Shown piece by piece: positions 38,810 to 45,553 of a DNA stretch of 45,553 nucleotides; position 1 is the stretch's first letter, and every line of letters starts with the position of its first letter. The notes beneath the pieces are model-generated. The model was not told the DNA's origin and searched no databases. It saw nothing but the letters and a program-made list of their open reading frames with translations. The translations under genes were made by a program, and so were the position numbers. This stretch comes from an uncultured Candidatus Saccharibacteria bacterium (lineage in GTDB: Bacteria; Patescibacteriota; Saccharimonadia; Saccharimonadales; Saccharimonadaceae), in assembly GCA_947306585.1 (NCBI GenBank), contig CAMZGX010000001.1:1-45553 (forward strand). The letters are read 5' to 3'.

Positions 38810-38848
38810 GTTGCAAGATTAAAAGCCTTATGCTAAACTAAAAACAGT

Positions 38849-40300
38849 ATGGCTATGTTGGAAAAAGTTTTGAATAGTAGAGGTATTTTATCCAATATAG
38901 GTATTTTCGCGAGCTCACTTCTAGTCACGGTTATAGCCGTGTATTTTTATTCTCCAGTGATCGGCTCTCATGCTGATGAAGCTAGAATGAGTGTAGCTAC
39001 TACGGTAAATCCGATTATCTCGTTGTCACTTGATACGAGTTTGGTTTCTTTTGATTTAACTCCAGGTGATGGCGCAACATTCTCTTCGCTTCCCATCAAT
39101 GCGGTTGTTGATACTAATAGTGCTTCCGGATATGATTTATTCTTTTCATCTGTAGATGATTCTGCAGATATGGCACATACTGGTGGTGTTGCTGGTCAAA
39201 CAATTAAAAGCATGACGGTTTCAAATTGGCTTCCGGATGATATGAGTGTTAATTCATGGGGCTATTCATTGGATGGAGCTAGATATTCGGCAATTCCATT
39301 AGTGGATGCTCCGGCGACCATAAGGACGATTAATCAATACCCATCTAGTTCTGAGCGTACTACTACAGTAAACATTGGCGTAAAGGTCTCTAGAACTCTC
39401 CCTTCTGGAAGTTATGAAAAAGATATTGTTTTTTCAGCAATTGCACACCCGGTAATTAAGACTATTCATGATATAGAGACTATGCAAGAGATGACCAGCG
39501 AAATATGTACGCACACAAATACGCCGGCAAAAACTGCTACAACGATCGATTGGAAGGGTAATCGTCTTAATGATGATAGCTATGTTCCGAGAACGAGCCT
39601 AAGAGATACTCGTGATGGTAATTATTATCTTGTTTCCAAACTTGCAGACGGCAACTGTTGGATGTCTCAAAACTTAACATTCGATCTGACGGCGGATACT
39701 CCGTTTATTGCTTCAAATATTGATGGTACTACTATGGAGGTAACGCCAGATAGTACAACCCAAACCACCACTGGTGAAGCTTGGGATCAAGAAACTGACG
39801 TCTGGCATAGTTATCATCCGGCGGCAGATGAAAGATATTATCAGGCTGGTATTACAAAAGCTAGCACCCCTAGTGAATCCGGTATTGAATATGATTGGGA
39901 AAAGACTGGAAATTATTATAACTGGTATACGGCTACTGCAGGGACAGGAACCAGTGCTATGACGTATGGCGATGCATCAGCAAGTATTTGTCCAAAAGGC
40001 TGGAGAATACCAGCATATAGCGCTTCTAATGCAAGAAGTTTTGCAAATCTTATTGGGTCTAACACATACGCTCTTTCTGCTGCTGCACTTCGCATAGATC
40101 CAATGAACTTTATTTTGTCGGGCATATATATAGCTAGCAGTGGTAATATAACTAATCAAGGAAATAATGGCTATTATTGGAATTCTGTAGCTACTAGTTA
40201 TCCAAGAGCTACTATGTTTTTGAGTAGTAAGACAAGTATTAGCTTACAGCAGTCGAATGATAGAAAAAATGGTTTACAGGTCCGTTGTGTAGCAATTTAA
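38849..40300 (+). CDS. Secreted protein with N-terminal WxL/pilin-like beta-sandwich and C-terminal FISUMP domain
   Basis: Signal ..GSHA|D; TNSASGY, WGYS, GSYEKDIVFSA; RDTRDG..KLADGNCWMSQNL, YNWYTATAG, ICPKGWRIP, GYYW, VRC. Confidence 0.85.
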   Translation: MAMLEKVLNSRGILSNIGIFASSLLVTVIAVYFYSPVIGSHADEARMSVATTVNPIISLSLDTSLVSFDLTPGDGATFSSLPINAVVDTNSASGYDLFFSSVDDSADMAHTGGVAGQTIKSMTVSNWLPDDMSVNSWGYSLDGARYSAIPLVDAPATIRTINQYPSSSERTTTVNIGVKVSRTLPSGSYEKDIVFSAIAHPVIKTIHDIETMQEMTSEICTHTNTPAKTATTIDWKGNRLNDDSYVPRTSLRDTRDGNYYLVSKLADGNCWMSQNLTFDLTADTPFIASNIDGTTMEVTPDSTTQTTTGEAWDQETDVWHSYHPAADERYYQAGITKASTPSESGIEYDWEKTGNYYNWYTATAGTGTSAMTYGDASASICPKGWRIPAYSASNARSFANLIGSNTYALSAAALRIDPMNFILSGIYIASSGNITNQGNNGYYWNSVATSYPRATMFLSSKTSISLQQSNDRKNGLQVRCVAI

Positions 40301-40308
40301 TGAAGCAT

Positions 40309-40341
40309 AAAAATAAGACCTCGCCTAAAGGTCTTATTTTT
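40309..40341. terminator. Bidirectional terminator
   Basis: AAAAATAAGACCT-cgcctaa-AGGTCTTATTTTT between convergent genes. Confidence 0.85.
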
Positions 40342-40345
40342 ATAT

Positions 40346-42253
40346 TTATGATAAGTCGTTTTTAGTTAAGGCTTTACAGTTTGCAATCAATCTTGCAGCA
40401 AAGGCATTACGAGCGGCATCAGCGTTGTTGTTGTCGCCTCTCCACGCGTCAAGTGCAGGTCCTTGGAGCGCACGTGCATAAGAGAAGGTAACTGGCCAAG
40501 GGAATGGGCCGTTGTTAGTGACGGCTTGAAGATTCTCGGTTGCCTGTTCGACGCTTTGTCCACCTGAAAGGAAGACTACACCAGCCAACTCTTTTGGACA
40601 ATGCTCTTTAAGAACTTTTGCAGTCCATTGACCAACTTCAGCAGGAGACGATTGTGATTCGTATTTCTTGCCTGCGAGTACCATATTAGTCTTAAGTACA
40701 CAGCCTTCAAGATTGACGCCGAAGCGATTAAGTTGATCGAAGAGACAATCTAAGATTTCACTAGTAATCTTTGCACAAGTTTCGACTGAATAATATCCAT
40801 CGTGAACTACTTCTGGCTCGACAATTGGGACGATACCAGCGGTCTGACAGTCGCGAGCGTATTCAGCAAGGATTTCACAGTTCTTTTCAATTGCGAAGTG
40901 TGAAGGGGTACGGACAGTAACATTGTCGCTGCCTACACCATCAAGTGTAACCTCGAATGCTGCGCGCCATTTAGCAAACCTTGCGCCCATTTCGTAGTAT
41001 TCAGCGAGTCTTTCTGGAAGGTCTTCAAGACCTTTAGTCCATTTTTCATTTGCGTGTTCTGGTTCAGTGAATGGTTCGAGACCTTTATCAACTTTAATAC
41101 CAGGAACAATGCCCATTGCAGTGAGATAGGAAACAAAATCACGTCCATCATCTGCTTTCTGGCGAGCAGTTTCATCGAACAAGATTACACCGTTTACGAA
41201 TTTCTCCAAATTGTGAGTGGTAAAGAAGATATTACGATAATCACGGCGGTGTTCTTCGTCGTCTGGAATGCCTGCTTCTTCGAATTTCTTGTGGATTGAG
41301 CCACCACTTTCGTCTGCAGCAAGAATACCGCGACCAGCAGCAACCATAGTCTTTGCAATTAAGCGAAGGTTGCTTTCAGTTTCATGACGCTTAGTGATTT
41401 CAGCCTTCAAACGATCAAGGCTCAAAGTTTCTTTAATAGTTGAACTCTCGACGTTGATAGCTGCCATTTCGAGTGCTTCTTTAGTAGACAAACCATTAAG
41501 CATTGCGCCAAAGATTGTAGCGGCAATGATTGAATGGCTAGTAAGGTGAGTCATTAAATCGCTCTTTGAAACGCGATAACGGCGTACAATGCTACCACAG
41601 CGAATGTCGTTATTAGAAATCATACAAACAACGCCGTTTGAGACGATGTCAGTGAGTTCGCCATCGGTAAATACAACATTAGCAAAGCGTACGAGTTCTT
41701 TTGCAGCATCAGCATAAGCGATGTCGTTCATTCTCTTAGTGTTGATAAATACTGAAAGCTTTGAATGAGTAAGGCCAACGTGATTCTTGATTTTCTCAAC
41801 CAATTCGCTATTGAGTTCGGCTGAGCAGTCGACATATACCCAATCAACTGGTTCGTTTGGTGCAACGAACTTTGTTTCTGGACGCTCGCTTGGAGCGATG
41901 TAAGCAATGTTATCGTTATAGCATAAGATATAGCGATAAGCATCGGCAATCTTTGAAGAAATCGAAAGGTCTTTCTGGGAAGTTGAAATTCCGAGATCTG
42001 CTGGGTTCATTTCTTTTTCGAACTGAAAATCGGAACCGGAAATCGAGGAATTAATTCCTAGTCTTTTGAAGACTTCTAATGTTACTGTTGCGCCACCGAA
42101 AACTGAAGTACGTGAATAAAAAGGATGAGATTCGCCATTAAAAGCTACATCCATCCAAGGAGTACCGTTTTCGTCAGCTTCGAATTTATTCTGTCTCTCA
42201 TCGAGACTGAGATAGACATCTTTTAAGATGTTCCCAACAATCAAAATACTCAT
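40346..42253 (-). CDS. Class I fructose-bisphosphate aldolase fused to a degenerate N-terminal PfkB-like domain
   Basis: GILAADES, KVDKG, FAKWR, PIVEPE, LKTNM, FLSGGQS, FSYARALQ; N-terminal IVGNILKDVYL and GGATVTLEVFKRLG. Confidence 0.9.
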   Translation of the reverse strand: MSILIVGNILKDVYLSLDERQNKFEADENGTPWMDVAFNGESHPFYSRTSVFGGATVTLEVFKRLGINSSISGSDFQFEKEMNPADLGISTSQKDLSISSKIADAYRYILCYNDNIAYIAPSERPETKFVAPNEPVDWVYVDCSAELNSELVEKIKNHVGLTHSKLSVFINTKRMNDIAYADAAKELVRFANVVFTDGELTDIVSNGVVCMISNNDIRCGSIVRRYRVSKSDLMTHLTSHSIIAATIFGAMLNGLSTKEALEMAAINVESSTIKETLSLDRLKAEITKRHETESNLRLIAKTMVAAGRGILAADESGGSIHKKFEEAGIPDDEEHRRDYRNIFFTTHNLEKFVNGVILFDETARQKADDGRDFVSYLTAMGIVPGIKVDKGLEPFTEPEHANEKWTKGLEDLPERLAEYYEMGARFAKWRAAFEVTLDGVGSDNVTVRTPSHFAIEKNCEILAEYARDCQTAGIVPIVEPEVVHDGYYSVETCAKITSEILDCLFDQLNRFGVNLEGCVLKTNMVLAGKKYESQSSPAEVGQWTAKVLKEHCPKELAGVVFLSGGQSVEQATENLQAVTNNGPFPWPVTFSYARALQGPALDAWRGDNNNADAARNAFAARLIANCKALTKNDLS

Positions 42254-42328
42254 ATTAATTCCTATTTTACCATAACCGTGTTTATTTTAAAACCTCGAAA
42301 AGATTGCCCGAAATAAGTCATATATAAT

Positions 42329-42351
42329 AAAAAACCCGCAAATGCGGGTTT
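42329..42351 (-). terminator. Terminator after rpmA
   Basis: AAACCCGCA-aa-TGCGGGTTT with a T-run on the minus strand. Confidence 0.8.
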
Positions 42352-42355
42352 AATA

Positions 42356-42628
42356 TTAGCGAACTTCAACGCGAACGCGTGGAAGTGATTTGCCTGAGAA
42401 GTGTGTCTTCTTTGTCTTAACGAAAGTCACAACACCATCTTTTGCAGCGTGGATTGTGAAATTGCGTGACATATATGTGCCAGGACCAGCGATTTTTGTT
42501 GAGCCGGTTTGGCGAACGATAACTTCACCGTTTCTAACTTTTTGTCCACCGAAACGCTTGACGCCGAGGCGTTGTCCGGCATTGTTGTGGACGTTCTTGG
42601 CGGTACCGCCAGCCTTAACATGTGACAT
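42356..42628 (-). CDS. rpmA: 50S ribosomal protein L27
   Basis: MSHVKAGG..QRLGVKRFGGQ..IVRQ. Confidence 0.97.
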   Translation of the reverse strand: MSHVKAGGTAKNVHNNAGQRLGVKRFGGQKVRNGEVIVRQTGSTKIAGPGTYMSRNFTIHAAKDGVVTFVKTKKTHFSGKSLPRVRVEVR

Positions 42629-42631
42629 AGC

Positions 42632-43747
42632 TTATTTTTTCCTTAATACTATTATTTCTCGAGCCACAATTTGACCATCTCTGAAGTAGAGCATATCCTC
42701 TTGACTCAAGTGATTTAACTTCTCTACATTATACCCCATATCTTTGATTTCGTCAAGAATATTGAGGCGTTCGTAGTGTCCGTCCGGACGGAGCCAAGCT
42801 GGGACGGCAATTGCGAGTGGAGTTTTAGACTCAATTTGAGTAGAAAGGTTCTTCAAGAAGCCTAAAACGATGCGTTTACACTCCTGTTTTTGATCCTTTA
42901 ATTTAATCTCAACTGGTGGCTGAGACATTGGTGCACCAAGATAGGTTTCGCAGGCGACAGCGCCAATTTTTCCCGTCCATGTGAAGTTCGTAGCGTCACC
43001 TTGCTCGACTTTATACTCTTTAGCCTTGAGCCACTTGAGGTTTTTCTCGGAATATTCGATCATACGATCAGATAAATCGGTACCATAAACTGGATATCCC
43101 ATAAGTGAAGCTTCCTGGAGTACTACGCCAGTACCGCAGAATGGATCGAGAATTCTAGTGTTTTCCGGAAGTGGACCACAAAGATTGATTAAGATTTGAG
43201 CAAGCTTTGGTGGAAGCATACCAACCTTAGCATCTCTTGCTGGGCGAGCCTGATCGCGGTTCTTGTAAGCAGTGATGTTTTGAACGCCGGTTAAAACGTA
43301 CCATTCTTTGCCATTGATTAAGAACTCAACGTGACCATCTTTTTCACCCATCTGATTGTGGTGTGAGGTGGCGGTTGATAAAACTGCATCGGTATTTTGG
43401 AGCACACGGGCTGAGCGACCATTCTTCGAGAGCAAACGTTTGAGTTTCAAAGCTTCACCTTGAGCCTTGAACTTTTTTGCGCCCTTTGAATAATCGGAAA
43501 CGCCAATGGTGTATTTGCCAGAGAATTTGCCATCTTTAGTGTTGAGGTTTAAAAGATAATCGATCGGTTTTTCAGAGATTAAACGTCCGAATTTAAGGGC
43601 GCCGCCAAAACGATTAATGTCAACAAATTTGTCACTTTCAAAAACTGCCAGGTTTGGTGCAATCTTTTTTACGGAATCACCAAAATAAGCCGATAGTTCG
43701 GCCAAAGAAATGTAGGATAAACGTCCGAGTACCGCTAAGTATTTCAT
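42632..43747 (-). CDS. Trm11/TrmG10-like RNA methyltransferase
   Basis: RDAKVGMLPPKLAQILINL, LDPFCGTG, ETYLG; start placed at ATG 43747 (MKYLAVLGR). Confidence 0.8.
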   Translation of the reverse strand: MKYLAVLGRLSYISLAELSAYFGDSVKKIAPNLAVFESDKFVDINRFGGALKFGRLISEKPIDYLLNLNTKDGKFSGKYTIGVSDYSKGAKKFKAQGEALKLKRLLSKNGRSARVLQNTDAVLSTATSHHNQMGEKDGHVEFLINGKEWYVLTGVQNITAYKNRDQARPARDAKVGMLPPKLAQILINLCGPLPENTRILDPFCGTGVVLQEASLMGYPVYGTDLSDRMIEYSEKNLKWLKAKEYKVEQGDATNFTWTGKIGAVACETYLGAPMSQPPVEIKLKDQKQECKRIVLGFLKNLSTQIESKTPLAIAVPAWLRPDGHYERLNILDEIKDMGYNVEKLNHLSQEDMLYFRDGQIVAREIIVLRKK

Positions 43748-43785
43748 GAGAATATTATACCAAATTATTGTATAATATGGGATAT

Positions 43786-44874
43786 ATGGAGACAAAATTC
43801 TCGGTTTCAGATTTTATTGCGTATTGTAATCAAACTCTTGAATACGCTTATACTGGTTGTACAATTGAAGGCGAAGTTTCAGAAATGAAAACCTCGCAAG
43901 GCAAATGGGTCTTTTTTAGTCTCAAAGATGAAGGTGGATCGATCGACTGTTTTATTCCGATTTGGCAATTACGCGTGCCGATCGAAGACGGCATGAAAGT
44001 CCTAGTTCGCGGTACACCAAAGCTTACCAACTGGGGTAAATTCAGCTTCACTATTCAGGCTATTCAGCCAGTCGGGCAGGGAAATATTAAAAAGAGCTAT
44101 GAACTTCTTAAAAAGAAACTCACCGCCGAAGGACTTTTTGCGCCAGAAAAGAAGCGTCCTTTGCCGAGAGATCTAACAAAAATTGGTGTCATCTCTTCAA
44201 CCCAAGCTGCCGGCTACGCGGACTTTATTAAAATCGTAAACGAACGTTGGGGTGGATTGGAAATTTCAGTTTGCCATACCCAGGTTCAAGGTCTAGTTGT
44301 ACCAGATCAAATTATTCGTGCTCTCAATTATCTGAATGAACATTCCGAAGTTGAAGTGATCGCAATTATTCGTGGTGGTGGTTCAGCAGACGACCTTGCT
44401 TGCTTCAATGATGAAAAACTAGTGCGTGCAATTGCTGCTTCAAAAATTCCAGTTATTACTGGTATTGGCCACGAAGTCGATGAATCACTTTCTGATCTTG
44501 CAGCTGACGTGGTAGCTTCAACACCAAGTAATGCGGCACAGATGTTGACTAAAGATAAAAAAGCTGAGATTAAAAACTTGCATGATAATATTTCGAGAAT
44601 TTATACTCAAATTTCCTCACGTATCGATCTGCTTTCGAATGATGCAAAGTTGAAGACCTTGAGCATAAGCTCGCGCATCTTGAGCGTAATTGAAAGCTAT
44701 GAAGGCAAAATAAAATCTACAGTCAGCATTTTAAAGAGTTTAAATCCGGAAAATATTTTGAAGAATGGTTACGCGATTTTGCGTGGTGAAATCGAAGTTG
44801 GTAATGAAATTGAAATTACTACCCACGATAAGAATATTGCAGCGACAATTAATGGCATTAAGGAAAGGAAATAA
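43786..44874 (+). CDS. xseA: Exodeoxyribonuclease VII large subunit
   Basis: IEGEVSE, FSLKDE, RGGGSADDL, GIGHEVD, STPSNAA, GYAI. Confidence 0.96.
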   Translation: METKFSVSDFIAYCNQTLEYAYTGCTIEGEVSEMKTSQGKWVFFSLKDEGGSIDCFIPIWQLRVPIEDGMKVLVRGTPKLTNWGKFSFTIQAIQPVGQGNIKKSYELLKKKLTAEGLFAPEKKRPLPRDLTKIGVISSTQAAGYADFIKIVNERWGGLEISVCHTQVQGLVVPDQIIRALNYLNEHSEVEVIAIIRGGGSADDLACFNDEKLVRAIAASKIPVITGIGHEVDESLSDLAADVVASTPSNAAQMLTKDKKAEIKNLHDNISRIYTQISSRIDLLSNDAKLKTLSISSRILSVIESYEGKIKSTVSILKSLNPENILKNGYAILRGEIEVGNEIEITTHDKNIAATINGIKERK

Positions 44875-45069
44875 ATGAAAAAGAAGATTAATGAGAAAAT
44901 TGAAGAACTAAATGAACGCGTGGAATGGTTCTATGGCGAAGATTTTAAGCTTGAAGAAGCTAGCGAAAAATATCAAGCTGCTACAAAGCTTGCAAAAGAA
45001 ATCGAAGCTGATTTAAAGGATTTAAAAAACGAAATTAAGGTTATTGAAGAGGACTTCTCGAAAGAATAA
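44875..45069 (+). CDS. xseB: Exodeoxyribonuclease VII small subunit
   Basis: Short helical ORF directly after xseA; LEEASEKY. Confidence 0.85.
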   Translation: MKKKINEKIEELNERVEWFYGEDFKLEEASEKYQAATKLAKEIEADLKDLKNEIKVIEEDFSKE

Positions 45070-45109
45070 CCCTTGCAATTTTAGCTAAACATAAGTAGAA
45101 TAATAATAT

Positions 45110-45553
45110 ATGGAAAATAGTGGGCAATACGGCCAAAATATCAATACTTACGGGGCACAACCTCAACCACAACCTGTAGCTTATCCAAATCAAGTACAAG
45201 GTGGTTATATTCCTGCACGCCCAATGCCAGGCAATCAACCTGGAAAGAAAGAAGAAAAAAGAGATTACGCTGATCTTATTAAAACGATCTGCTTGATTTT
45301 CGTTTCCTTAGTCGCAGTTACTTTTATTGGTCTCTTTGTCTACATGACTATTCTTAAAAATGATGCTGAAACTGATCTTGAAGGTAAGATTAAACTTGCA
45401 GTTGACGAGTATGATAATAAACTCAGAACTGAACTGGAAACTGAATTCCAAAACCGCGAAAAGTATCCGTATTCCGTCTTCACTGGTCCATCGGATTTCG
45501 GTCTCTTAACATTTGAGTATCCAAAGACCTGGAGCGTATATATCTCTGACGAC
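45110..45553 (+). CDS. Partial bitopic membrane protein running off the window (absent from the ORF track)
   Basis: ATG 45110, open to the end: Q/P/G-rich N-terminus, TM, coiled coil, FTGPSDFGLLTFEYPKTWSVY. Confidence 0.8.
   Translation, partial: MENSGQYGQNINTYGAQPQPQPVAYPNQVQGGYIPARPMPGNQPGKKEEKRDYADLIKTICLIFVSLVAVTFIGLFVYMTILKNDAETDLEGKIKLAVDEYDNKLRTELETEFQNREKYPYSVFTGPSDFGLLTFEYPKTWSVYISDD

Noticed and set aside
28249..40300. Complete diversity-generating retroelement
   Set aside because: No reverse transcriptase and no AAC-rich template repeat resembling either FISUMP 3' end within the window.
1176..45238. The many 60-190 aa overlapping or antisense ORFs in the track (e.g. 2014-2586, 15180-15650, 28897-29481, 34748-35239)
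   Set aside because: They are shadows of well-supported genes, with no RBS or promoter and no family motifs.
1..45553. CRISPR array, transposase, integrase or prophage
   Set aside because: No regularly spaced direct repeats and no recognisable Cas, IS, integrase or phage ORFs.

Overview
Gene-dense, AT-rich, mostly + strand chromosomal segment in standard code 11. Gene content and style (HTH-fused MurA, S4-less TlyA, sbcB, class I aldolase, MGRG-type EF-P, type IV pilin, FISUMP adhesins) point to a host-associated Candidatus Saccharibacteria (Patescibacteria/CPR); this assignment is inference. Core genes: ftsK, rpsF-ssb-rpsR-efp-tlyA, murA, pcrA, G5/transglycosylase-rsmA, pilin, ftsH-murJ, a MIP channel, an LTA-synthase family protein, sbcB, uvrA, rplY, aldolase, rpmA, xseAB, and three tRNAs (Arg-TCG partial, Val-GAC, Leu-TAG). 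galU is disrupted. No transposase, integrase, reverse transcriptase or CRISPR array was seen. The most unusual signals are: (1) a surface ORF built like a polyprotein, with an internal VPDTG-TM-basic sorting signal followed directly by a second signal peptide and a FISUMP adhesin; (2) a WxL/csc-like surface-display cluster (two DUF916-like genes plus a VPDTG protein); (3) a ~740 bp ORF-free island with three orphan promoter-plus-hairpin units (candidate sRNAs or RNA switch); (4) apparently leaderless architecture at about 12 genes plus a recurrent CTTATG/CATAAG promoter motif; (5) a PfkB pseudokinase-aldolase fusion; (6) a VWA protein ending in a Cys-His-Asp papain-like domain; (7) palindromes over the promoter of HTH-murA. 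All calls come from reading motifs by eye; no searches were run.
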